Below, one piece after another: positions 30,439-39,571 of a stretch of 64,000 nucleotides of DNA; position 1 is the stretch's first letter, and each line of letters begins with the position of its first letter. The DNA comes from Planctomycetota bacterium. Lineage in GTDB: Bacteria; Planctomycetota; UBA8108; SXIK01. The notes below the pieces were generated by a model. It was not told the origin of the DNA. It did no database searches and saw nothing but the letters and a program-made list of their open reading frames with translations. Where the stretch lies: the NCBI GenBank assembly GCA_965223265.1, contig OZ244999.1:2240001-2304000 (forward strand). The letters are read 5' to 3'. A program made the translations under genes and the position numbers.

Positions 30439-31482
30439 GTGAAGGAAGAACTCGACACCCTTTGGACTGAGTTCGAGGAGGCGCTCGACAGCGCCGAAAA
30501 CGAGCACGACCTCCAGCAGCTCAAAACGCGGCTGCTCGGCAAGAACGGTCTGCTGACGGCAAAGTTGCGCCAGCTCGGGCAGTTGCCCACCGGGGAGCGC
30601 AAGAGCGCCGGACAACTCGTCAACGAGCGTAAAGCTGCGGTCGCTCGTCGCTTGGACGAACGGCGCGAGCAGCTCGCTCAAGCGGCTCTCAGTCACCAGC
30701 TCGCGTCCGACTGGCTCGACGTGACGTTTGACGCTCGTGAGGTTTCGGACCCCGGACGACGTGGACCTGGCAACCTTCATCCGACCACTCAGATCCAATA
30801 CGAAATCGAGGACGTCTTCACCTCGATGGGCTTTGAGGTGCTTGATGGCCCGCAAGTCGAGACCGATTTTTATAACTTCGAGGCGCTCAACATTCCTGCG
30901 GATCACCCGGCGCGTGATATGCAGGACACCTTTTATCTAGAGGACGGCAATCTCCTCCGCACCCATACCTCGAGCATTCAGGTACGGGGCATGAGGCGTC
31001 TGCGCCCGCCCTTTAAGATCATCGGCCCTGGCAAGGTGTTTCGCTGCGAGCGCCTGGACGCGAGCCACGAAGCGACATTTCATCAGCTTGAGGGCATGAT
31101 GGTCGATCGCGACATCAAGGTGGCTCATTTGATCTATTTCATGAAGACCTTGCTGTCGCGGATCTTCGGGCGCGATGAAGACGTTCGATTGCGTCCAGGC
31201 TATTTCCCCTTTGTCGAACCAGGATTCGAGCTCGACATTCGCTGCCTGATTTGTTCTGGCAGCGGCTGCTCTGTGTGCAAGCAGAGCGGGTGGGTCGAGC
31301 TCGTACCTTGCGGCATGGTGCATCCGAACGTCCTGCGGGCTGGCGAGATTGATCCGCTCGAGTATTCAGGGTTCGCATTCGGGCTTGGCCTTGATCGCCT
31401 CGTCATGATGCGCTACGGCATCGAAGATATACGCCATCTGCACAGCGCCGATCTTCGATTCATTCGCCAATTCGGACACTGA
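30439..31482 (+). CDS. pheS: Phenylalanyl-tRNA synthetase alpha subunit
   Basis: HPARDMQDTF, LLRTHTS, FHQLEG, YFPFVEP, GFAFGLGLDR. The GTG start at 30439 is approximate. Confidence 0.97.
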   Translation: MKEELDTLWTEFEEALDSAENEHDLQQLKTRLLGKNGLLTAKLRQLGQLPTGERKSAGQLVNERKAAVARRLDERREQLAQAALSHQLASDWLDVTFDAREVSDPGRRGPGNLHPTTQIQYEIEDVFTSMGFEVLDGPQVETDFYNFEALNIPADHPARDMQDTFYLEDGNLLRTHTSSIQVRGMRRLRPPFKIIGPGKVFRCERLDASHEATFHQLEGMMVDRDIKVAHLIYFMKTLLSRIFGRDEDVRLRPGYFPFVEPGFELDIRCLICSGSGCSVCKQSGWVELVPCGMVHPNVLRAGEIDPLEYSGFAFGLGLDRLVMMRYGIEDIRHLHSADLRFIRQFGH

Positions 31483-31491
31483 CGCAGAATC

Positions 31492-33930
31492 ATGTTGATT
31501 TCGTTGAACTGGGTGCGGGAGTTTTGTCCGTTCGAGACTGGCGAGTCGGCCAACGAGATCGGAGTCCGATTCTCTCTGCACACAGCTGAGGTTGAATCCG
31601 TCGTCGAGATCGGCGAGGCCCTACGTGGAGTTCGCGTCTGCGAGGTCCAAACCGTCGAGCCGCACCCGGATGCAGATCGACTCGCCGTGGTCAAGGTCAG
31701 CGTCGGTGAGGACACCGCACACGTGGTCTGCGGGGCTCCGAATGTGCGGCCTGGCCTGTTGGTCCCTTACGCGCCACCCGGCGCGACGGTCTCTGGGAGG
31801 CAGATCGCGCGAGCGAAAGTGCGCGGCATCAGTTCTGAAGGGATGCTCTGCTCGCAGAAAGAGCTTGGCGTCTCAGCGGATGGCGCCGGACTTTGGGAGT
31901 TGCCCGCCGGGATCACTCCCGGCACGGCGCTCGTCGAAGAATTAGCCCAGCTGGATGACGTGATTCTAGAGGTCGACAACAAGTCCCTCACACACCGCCC
32001 AGATCTGTGGGGACACTATGGGATTGCGCGTGAGTTTTCCTGTCTTTACCGCACGCCGCTGCAGCCGTTGTGTCTCAGCGAGGAGCTTTCGAATGCCTCT
32101 GGCCAGAGTCAGGTCAACGTGCGCTTCGACGGCGACGATATCGGTGGCGCCGACGGTCTTTGCCGTCGATATTGTGGGCTCGAGATCGAGGGGGTCACGG
32201 TGGGGCCTTCGCCTGCATGGCTCCAGAGCCGTCTTCTCGCCATCGGAAGTCGCCCGATCAACAACATTGTCGACGTCACCAACTACATTCTGTTTGAGCT
32301 TGGCCAGCCGCTCCACGCGTTCGACACCGCGCTCGTCCGCGGTGGCGAGATCGTCGTGCGGCGCGCTGCGGCCGGTGAGAAGCTCGAGCTTCTTGACGAT
32401 TCGACCGTAACTCTGGAGAAAACGGACCTGGTGATCGCGGACGGCAGCGTCGCCGTCGCACTCGCCGGCGTCATGGGAGGGGCTGGTACGGAGATCCGTG
32501 ATGACACCACTCGGGTCTTTCTCGAGTGTGCCAACTTCTCACCAGTGCAAGTGCGCCGCACTGCGCGTCGACTGGGTAAGCAGACCGACTCCTCGATGCG
32601 CTTTGAGAAGTCGCTCGACCCGGAGATGGTTCGCGACGCGATCTTACGCGCCGCACAATTGATCCTCGACATCTCGCCAGGGGCGCAGGTCGTCGGTCCA
32701 CTCCAGGACGTGGGGTATGAACCGGCGCCTTCGATCGAGATCGAGTCGAGAGCGAAGTTCATCTCGAATCGTCTCGGCGCTGCGACGCCGGCAGCGAAGG
32801 TGCGCGAAACTCTTGAGCAGCTGGGGTTCAAAGTGAAGGGGAAAACGGACGGGGCCTGGAACGTGACCGTGCCCTCTTGGCGCTCCACGAAGGACGTTTC
32901 GATCCAAGAGGACCTCGTCGAAGAGGTCGGCAGGATTCACGGCTACGATTCGATCGAGGCGTTTGCGCCGCAGTGGGAGGTTGCTGCCCCGAATGGTAAC
33001 CCTCACCGCACCTTCGAGCGTAAGGCCAAGGAGTTCCTCGTTCAGTTTGCCTGTCTGCACGAGGTCTTCACGTATTCCATGGTCGGCGCAGCTCATTGCG
33101 AGCGCTTTGGCCTCGATCCAGATGCCCATCTGCGCCTGAAGAACCCGATGAGCGAGGACCTCGACCGCATGCGGCGAGAGATCGTTCCCCTCCACCTCGA
33201 GAAGGTTAAGGAGAACCAGCGCTACCAGCTAGAATTCGGGATGTTCGAGATCGGCCGTGTTTTCAGAAAGGCCGCAGCGCGTCTGCGCGATCCCGAGCTC
33301 CCTGAGGAGCTGAACCGACTGTGCGTCGTGTTGAGCTTTGAGAAGGAATCGAGCGCGAATTTCTACCACGCGCGTCATATCGCCCTGAGACTTCTTCGCT
33401 GGCTCGGTATCGGCGGTTGCGAAATGTGTCCACTGCCTCCCGCTCGAGACGTCGCGAAGTGGGTGCACCCCGAGGTCGCGGGACGCCTCGTCACCGCGGG
33501 CGCGTCGGACGGCGAAGAGTGGGGCGTCGTGTATCGGGTTCATCCCGAGACGATGCGGGCGCTCAAGCTGAAAGGCGACGTCGTCGCCATCGATCTTGCC
33601 TTCGACGCGCTCTACGAGCGTGGACCGCGCTGCGCAATCGATTACGTCCCGCCACAGCGATATCCGACGGTGCCGTTTGACGTTGCGGTTGTCGCTGAGC
33701 TCCGCACTCCGGTGCGAGAGATCCGTACCGTCATCGAGCAGGCGGCCGGTGGCGCGCTGCTTGAAGTCGAAGTCTTGAGCGTGTACGACGAGCTTGGCGA
33801 CGGGAAGAAATCCGTGGCGTTTCACCTCGTTTTTGGCTCGCCCGAGCGCACATTGTCCGGAGACGAGGTCTCTGCGCTCCAGCAGCGAGTCATTGGCTTG
33901 CTGCAGGAACGCGGGTTTAACCTACGCTGA
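31492..33930 (+). CDS. pheT: Phenylalanyl-tRNA synthetase beta subunit
   Basis: HPDADRL, VCGAPNV, SEGMLCS, NNIVDVTNY, GQPLHAFD, DLVEEVGRIHGY and a C-terminal FDX-ACB domain. Confidence 0.97.
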   Translation: MLISLNWVREFCPFETGESANEIGVRFSLHTAEVESVVEIGEALRGVRVCEVQTVEPHPDADRLAVVKVSVGEDTAHVVCGAPNVRPGLLVPYAPPGATVSGRQIARAKVRGISSEGMLCSQKELGVSADGAGLWELPAGITPGTALVEELAQLDDVILEVDNKSLTHRPDLWGHYGIAREFSCLYRTPLQPLCLSEELSNASGQSQVNVRFDGDDIGGADGLCRRYCGLEIEGVTVGPSPAWLQSRLLAIGSRPINNIVDVTNYILFELGQPLHAFDTALVRGGEIVVRRAAAGEKLELLDDSTVTLEKTDLVIADGSVAVALAGVMGGAGTEIRDDTTRVFLECANFSPVQVRRTARRLGKQTDSSMRFEKSLDPEMVRDAILRAAQLILDISPGAQVVGPLQDVGYEPAPSIEIESRAKFISNRLGAATPAAKVRETLEQLGFKVKGKTDGAWNVTVPSWRSTKDVSIQEDLVEEVGRIHGYDSIEAFAPQWEVAAPNGNPHRTFERKAKEFLVQFACLHEVFTYSMVGAAHCERFGLDPDAHLRLKNPMSEDLDRMRREIVPLHLEKVKENQRYQLEFGMFEIGRVFRKAAARLRDPELPEELNRLCVVLSFEKESSANFYHARHIALRLLRWLGIGGCEMCPLPPARDVAKWVHPEVAGRLVTAGASDGEEWGVVYRVHPETMRALKLKGDVVAIDLAFDALYERGPRCAIDYVPPQRYPTVPFDVAVVAELRTPVREIRTVIEQAAGGALLEVEVLSVYDELGDGKKSVAFHLVFGSPERTLSGDEVSALQQRVIGLLQERGFNLR

Positions 33931-33938
33931 GCGTTAGC

Positions 33939-33962
33939 GATCGCAAGCGATCGCTTGCGATC
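33939..33962. repeat. Perfect 24-bp palindrome just after pheT (possible terminator or 3' stabilising hairpin)
   Basis: GATCGCAAGCGA|TCGCTTGCGATC. Confidence 0.6.
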
Positions 33963-34122
33963 TGCGTCGCCGTGCGCAGGGTGTTCGATGCGAGTCGGGC
34001 GGTGCCGCGGAAATGCTGATGTAACACTGTCGGCGCGTGATACAATCAGCGCGCTTCTAACCTCGAGGCCGAGGGAGCTTGTGAGGAGAATGGACGTGAG
34101 GTGAGAATAGAGGAGGCTTGTC

Positions 34123-35400
34123 GTGAAGGGAGTAGCCACACTCTGCTTAGGTTTAATTCTCGGTGGCTTGGGTTTGTGGGTGATTCAGAGCTTCAGCTCT
34201 TCGGCTACGAGCGACCGTCCACGAGATCAAGTCGCGACTCCTGAGCTCGTCGCGTCGCCGACCGAGGTTGCCTCGAAGGAGTCGCTGGACGCGCCCGCAG
34301 CTCCGGGCTTGACGGCAGTGGATGAGGGCCCCGCGGCAGCGGACTACGTGCCGCCGATGCGGCCGATTCCGAGCCAAGATGCGACCGCCCGATCGACGTT
34401 TGCGCCGGGCATACCGGAAACTGTGGACGCCGTCGTCCAGCCCGCGACGCAGCCGCTGGGGGACAAACTCCGCGGCGAGCGAGATCTTGCGGTGGCGACC
34501 TTCGACGCCGGCGAGCGAGGCGTGGGCGAGCGGCTCCTACGGGAGGTCTATACGGTCTACAAGAGTCGTGGTGACCTTGACTTGACGCCGGAGGTGTCGC
34601 GTTTGTTGGACGTCGAGGACGACTTTTCGTCGCGCCTTGAATACACCGGTTATCTCGCCGAGCGGTCCCCCGGACCCGAAGTCTTCGAGCGCCAAATCGG
34701 CCGCGCCAGACGCCTGTTGGCCACTCAGAGTAGCGACTTGGAGCACTTGGTGAGCGTGTGGAACGAGCTGTCGCTCGCGTACGAGGTGGCCTCCAATCGT
34801 GCGCAGCGTCTTATGGCGCTGACCGATCTTGAACCGTTCGTCGACAAGCACATTCTGTCCGGCAGAAAGTCACCGCTGTTACACTCGCATCTTGTTCGTA
34901 GCGGTGAACACTTGTCAGGGATTGCCAAGAAGGTGCGTGTGCCCATCGATTCGCTCAGACGACTGAATGCGCTGAGGTCCGACACGATTCGTGTCGATCA
35001 GGTTCTTCGGTACCTGCCTGGAGCTGTTCGAGTCCACATCGACAAGAGCGATTATCGTCTGTGGCTGACCGTGAACGATCGTTTTCTCTTGGAGAAACCC
35101 GTCGGGCTTGGCAAAGAGGGGAGGACGCCGACCGGCGAGTTCAGCGTCGACGTCAAGGAGAAGGATCCGAAATGGTGGCGACCGGGGGAAGCGCCGATCC
35201 CAGCTGGAGACCCGCGCAATATTCTTGGCACGCGCTGGCTTGGGTTTGCGGCGTCCGACGGCCTTGGAATCCATGGCACCGACGATCCTAACTCGATCGG
35301 TCAACAAATGTCAGCCGGTTGCGTCCGTTTGAAGAACCCCGACATCGAGTTGGTGTTCGATTTCGTCCCCTATAGGTGCCAGGTTGTGATTCGCGACTGA
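34123..35400 (+). CDS. LysM-containing L,D-transpeptidase (YkuD family)
   Basis: N-terminal anchor, LysM (HLVRSGEHLSGIAK...LRRLN), TPTGEF, LGTRWLG, GIHGT...SAGCVRL. Confidence 0.9.
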   Translation: MKGVATLCLGLILGGLGLWVIQSFSSSATSDRPRDQVATPELVASPTEVASKESLDAPAAPGLTAVDEGPAAADYVPPMRPIPSQDATARSTFAPGIPETVDAVVQPATQPLGDKLRGERDLAVATFDAGERGVGERLLREVYTVYKSRGDLDLTPEVSRLLDVEDDFSSRLEYTGYLAERSPGPEVFERQIGRARRLLATQSSDLEHLVSVWNELSLAYEVASNRAQRLMALTDLEPFVDKHILSGRKSPLLHSHLVRSGEHLSGIAKKVRVPIDSLRRLNALRSDTIRVDQVLRYLPGAVRVHIDKSDYRLWLTVNDRFLLEKPVGLGKEGRTPTGEFSVDVKEKDPKWWRPGEAPIPAGDPRNILGTRWLGFAASDGLGIHGTDDPNSIGQQMSAGCVRLKNPDIELVFDFVPYRCQVVIRD

Positions 35401-35484
35401 TGGCGTCGCCGCAGCGGCCTGGTCGCAATTGGGCCTGGACGAAGACGGCGGCGATCGATAGGCGCTGCACTGGAGGACTTCCGC

Positions 35485-35838
35485 ATGTGGCGACCCGTTC
35501 GCTGGAGACTTAAGGCGTCGCTGCACGCAGTGATCCTTGGCGGCTGCCTGGCTGCGTGCGCGTGCTCTCAGTCCGCGACGCAAGCCGATTTTTCGGTTGG
35601 CATGTCGCGTCAGAATTTGCGTGGGCGGTTCGGTCAGCCGATACACGTGCAGGCGCTGACGAAGACGGACACGCACCTCTTTGGCGCCGTCGAGGATTTG
35701 TGGTCCCGCTTGCAGACCGGTGAGCGCGTCGAGATTTGGCAATACCGCGTCGAGGGTGGTGTCGTCGAACTGTACTTCGTCAACGGCAGCGACTCCGTCT
35801 CGGAACTGGCGTTCGTTGCCGAAGGCACCGTCTTTTGA
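35485..35838 (+). CDS. Small lipoprotein (SmpA/BamE-like)
   Basis: Lipobox-like LAAC/ACAC, VGMSR...FGQP...EIWQY...LYF. Confidence 0.6.
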   Translation: MWRPVRWRLKASLHAVILGGCLAACACSQSATQADFSVGMSRQNLRGRFGQPIHVQALTKTDTHLFGAVEDLWSRLQTGERVEIWQYRVEGGVVELYFVNGSDSVSELAFVAEGTVF

Positions 35839-36534
35839 ATTCCCGCCTCTGAGTCTCCTCCCCTGAACTTCGAGGGAAGGTGAACTGGTCGAATCGTGCG
35901 CTCTACGGCCGCGGCAGACTCTGATCTGTTTTCCGCGATCGTGCCCCGCGTGCGGTAGAATGGCCTGCATGGTGTGTCCTGACGAAACGGGCGATCCCGT
36001 TTCTCGCTGTGTCAAGCTTGCGGGTGAAAGTCCCGCCGCGGTAGGAGCCGGTGCGCCGCGTAGCAGGTACCGGGCGTGGGGAGAGATCCCTCCGTCTGAG
36101 CGGTATGTCAAAGCCCTCAGGGAGTCGTACGACTCCTGCGGAGGGGAGCAAAGCCGCGGGCCCGATGCGTAAGCGTGAACCCTGCAGCCTCGTGAGATAG
36201 ACAATCGAAAGGTGGAGTGGCCGAGTGTCACGACGAAGGCAACAGACTGTACCTGGGCAATCCATGTGGGTCGTAGTAGCCGCGTGCGGCGAGGCGGCCG
36301 TGATGGACACAACCGGAGGGGTACAGGACGCTCCCGGGGTATTGGGGAGGGCACGTGGTTACGGTTTGACACGGAACAGGAGAGGCCCTACCCGGCTGCC
36401 GACGTCGGGCGAAGGCGGCGCCTATAAGCCGATGGCGAAATGGCGTCGTGCGGGGAGGGAATCCGAGGGGTTCATAGTACCGCCGAGGCTGCGTAACAGC
36501 GGGGGAGGGAAGGGGCCCTGCTTTAGTCACGCCT

Positions 36535-37942
36535 CATAGATTGGGAGGTTAGCCGTAACCGATTATGGGATCGATGTCTACGGTCTCGAAGGCGTTCTTC
36601 GTTTGCGGATTCGTTCGTCCGGCTGTCGATCGCAAGAGGAGAAGAACGCGTTTGAGCATCGCGACAAGGGAGCGCGGCTTCGAGATGCAAGCTCGCCCGA
36701 CGTCCCTGAAGAATGTCCAGCTCAGGTCGGCGGCGATGAACGGTGCGGCATGCTTCCCTGTGTTTCGAAACGCTGAATAGAGTAGGAACCTTCGGACAAG
36801 CACGGCGAGCATGCTCGCCCAGACGAGTCCCTCGACGATGTGAGGATCCTTTGTCTGGAACTTCCGCAAGTTGGTGAACGACTTGCATTCTTTGAAAAAG
36901 AGCTCGATCTGCCAACGCAGTCTGTAGAGAGCCGCGACGATGCTCGGTGGAAACGCTCTAGGGCACAGCGTAGTCAACAGGTACACGTGGACGTCCTTGT
37001 GTCTCACATAGAAGATGACGAGCCGAAGGCAGTGGCCTTTCCCTTCGATAAGCAGATCGACGTTGCTCTTGGGAAGTTTCAGATCGCGAAGTTTCATCCC
37101 TTCCGTTGTGCGGTGCTTGAAGGGACCACGGTAGCACTTGCGGATCTTGGGATTGAACGCCTTGTGGCTCATGCGGCCGAGGAAATCCCCGCCCGCGGCT
37201 CTCACCCGAGCGGGATACTCGTAACTGGTGTACCCCTTGTCCCCCAGGATGAGTTTGCCGGCAACCTCTTCCGGCTCAGGAAGGAAGTCTCGCTCTGTTT
37301 CACTATCGGGCGCGACAGCCACCGCTACCGGTTGGCCGTCGTAGAGACTGTACGTGCAGTGCACTTCGATCGCTGCAGGGGAGATCTTCGTAAATCGTCC
37401 TGGGAAGTAATCGACGAGTGAATCATTTACCTCGAACGAGCTCCCGTCCTGCGCAACGATGTCTTCGAATCGCCGAAGATACCGTGATCTGCCGTGTCGA
37501 ATGGGATCGGACAACTCGCTCATGAACAAGGCCAGCGTCTTACGCATGAACTCCGGAAAGCCGGGAACTGAAAGGCGATCGTGGAACGGCTTGTAGGACA
37601 TCGACTCGCCCGTCAGATCGGTAAACAGTCTCAAGACTGCCGCGAGACTGTTTGTCGTTCCCGATCCCATCGCGGTCACGAACGTCCAGACCGCACGAAT
37701 AGGCGTGAACTTTCGCAGCCGCTCGAAGAAAACTGCTTCGGACGCGATCGTGTTGATGCTTTTTTCCGAGAGGACCCGTTTCAACGCAGACGCACACCGG
37801 ATAAAATCGTGGCTCATTGTTTGCCCTCCACTTCTTGTTTGGCGATGAGCTGTGGAGGGTTTTTTTACGCGAAAACCAGCGCCCCGTCGATGAATCGTCG
37901 TAAGTCATCGCCACGATGAGACTTACTAACATCCAATCTATG
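36535..37942 (-). mobile_element. IS4-family insertion sequence (1408 bp)
   Basis: IRs CATAGATTGG...CCAATCTATG. 10-bp direct repeat AGTCACGCCT (36525-34, 37943-52), present once in the empty intron copy. Confidence 0.93.
36549..37817 (-). CDS. IS4-family DDE transposase
   Basis: QDGS, GDKGY, YRLRWQIELFFKECK (YREK motif). Confidence 0.93.
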   Translation of the reverse strand: MSHDFIRCASALKRVLSEKSINTIASEAVFFERLRKFTPIRAVWTFVTAMGSGTTNSLAAVLRLFTDLTGESMSYKPFHDRLSVPGFPEFMRKTLALFMSELSDPIRHGRSRYLRRFEDIVAQDGSSFEVNDSLVDYFPGRFTKISPAAIEVHCTYSLYDGQPVAVAVAPDSETERDFLPEPEEVAGKLILGDKGYTSYEYPARVRAAGGDFLGRMSHKAFNPKIRKCYRGPFKHRTTEGMKLRDLKLPKSNVDLLIEGKGHCLRLVIFYVRHKDVHVYLLTTLCPRAFPPSIVAALYRLRWQIELFFKECKSFTNLRKFQTKDPHIVEGLVWASMLAVLVRRFLLYSAFRNTGKHAAPFIAADLSWTFFRDVGRACISKPRSLVAMLKRVLLLLRSTAGRTNPQTKNAFETVDIDPIIGYG

Positions 37943-38175
37943 AGTCACGCCTGTGTGTGGAGGTAAGTACGAGGGCATGACCTCCCACGAGCGCATCGTG
38001 AAAAAACTTGGCCTCCATCGTTTAGTCGGCACAATACGTTACCCGGGAGGTGTACACGCGCCATGAGAAGACTATCGGGGTAAGCCGTGTGCGGGAAATC
38101 CGCACGCACGGTTTGAAAGGGGGGCTCAGGAAACGGGTCCCGATTACTATGGGACACCGCGCCTGAGCCCTACCA

Positions 38176-38616
38176 ATGACAAAGAAGAAAGGGCGTCGTT
38201 TAGCTCTGGCACTTGGACTCGGGGCTGCGGTCATCGCTGCCGCAGTCGTCGCGTTCAACTGGCCACACGTGCGAGCCAAGTACATCCTTTGGAGCGAGTT
38301 CGAGCCCCTTGGAAAAAACTCGAAAGGCTACGACGAGTATCGACACCGACGCTCGGAGAGTGTTTTCATCTTGCTTCCGGGAGCCCTAGTAACGCCGCGA
38401 GAGGCGAAGTCCTTCATTGAACTACTTTTGGACTTAGGTGTTCCAGTCGAAGCGCCTTTGCAAGACGTAGAACTTCGACCATTTTTGATCGAAAAGGACA
38501 TTGTAGTGGCGCCTGAATACTACGTCGATGTTGATGATCTTTCGGATTTCCCAGAGGAACGTTCGAGCAGGCGCTCGCCAAGTTCGAGCTCTCCGCCCCG
38601 ACCGGGGCCGAATTAG
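38176..38616 (+). CDS. Membrane-anchored protein resembling the N-terminal part of FGE/SUMF1-family proteins (possibly truncated)
   Basis: TM segment, then FEPLGKNSKGYDEYRH...FILLPG...VELRPFLIEK. The ATG is formed by the intron 3' end. Confidence 0.5.
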   Translation: MTKKKGRRLALALGLGAAVIAAAVVAFNWPHVRAKYILWSEFEPLGKNSKGYDEYRHRRSESVFILLPGALVTPREAKSFIELLLDLGVPVEAPLQDVELRPFLIEKDIVVAPEYYVDVDDLSDFPEERSSRRSPSSSSPPRPGPN

Positions 38617-38787
38617 CTTACGCCCTGGAGTTTTCTCCAAACGAAGTTTCGAACGCATTCGGAATACCGGTCGATGGGATATTAAGACCGCTCCGCGGAG
38701 TCCGCCGCCTCTACCGGTAGACACCGTGCCAGAACGCCTCGATCACCCAAATCCTCTTGCCGTGAACAGCAGCATGGCGCACATCAT

Positions 38788-39571
38788 GTGTCCTGACGAA
38801 ACGGGCGATCCCGTTTCTCGCTGTGTCAAGCTTGCGGGTGAAAGTCCCGCCGCGGTAGGGGCCGGTGCACCGCGTAGCAGGTACCGGGCGTGGGGAGAGA
38901 TCCCTCCGTCTGAGCGGTATGTCAAAGCCCTCAGGGAGTCGTACGACTCCTGCGGAGGGGAGCAAAGCCGCGGGCCCGATGCGTAAGCGTGAACCCTGCA
39001 GCCTCGTGAGATAGACAATCGAAAGGTGGAGTGGCCGAGTGTCACGACGAAGGCAACAGACTGTACCTGGGCAATCCATGTGGGTCGTAGTAGCCGCGTG
39101 CGGCGAGGCGGCCGTGATGGACACAACCGGAGGGGTACAGGACGCTCCCGGGGTATCGGGGAGGGCACGTGGTTACGGTTTGACACGGAACAGGAGAGGC
39201 CCTACCCGGCTGCCGACGTCGGGCGAAGGCGGCGCCTATAAGCCGATGGCGAAATGGCGTCGTGCGGGGAGGGAATCCGAGGGGTTCATAGTACCGCCGA
39301 GGCTGCGTAACAGCGGGGGAGGGAAGGGGCCCTGCTTTAGTCACGCCTGTGTGTGGAGGTAAGTACGAGGGCATGACCTCCCACGAGCGCATCGTGAAAA
39401 AACTTGGCCTCCATCGTTTAGTCGGCACAATACGTTACCCGGGAGGTGTACACGAGTCATGAGAAGACTATCGGTAAGCCGTGTGCGGGAAATCCGCACG
39501 CACGGTTTGAAAGGGGGGCTCAGGAAACGGGTCCCGATTACTATGGGACACCGCGCCTGAGCCCTACCAAT
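38788..39571 (+). mobile_element. Group II intron copy 2 (784 nt), RT ORF deleted
   Basis: Same DI-DVI features as copy 1, uninterrupted. Ends CCCTACCAAT directly before the G of the desulfurase ATG. Confidence 0.92.

Larger units (their letters stand above)
35974..38177 (+). mobile_element. Group II intron copy 1, RT ORF deleted, IS4 inserted in domain IV
   Basis: 5' GTGTCC. DI GGTGAAAGTCC. DIII ATAGTACC...GGGAAGGG. DV AAGCCGTGTGCGGGAAATCCGCACGCACGGTTT with AGC triad. DVI GGGGCTCAGG...CCTGAGCCCTACC. 3' AT. About 99% identical to 38788-39571. Confidence 0.9.

Noticed and set aside
35972-35976. Canonical GTGTG as the 5' end of intron 1
   Set aside because: Copy 2 has ATGTG at the same position, so the shared boundary with a 3' AT is GTGTC at 35974/38788. 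RNA data are needed for certainty.
35311-36539. ORFs duplicated at 38.7-39.4 kb (e.g. MSNRNHVP..., MEWPSVT...)
   Set aside because: Chance frames across the intron RNA, duplicated only because the intron is.
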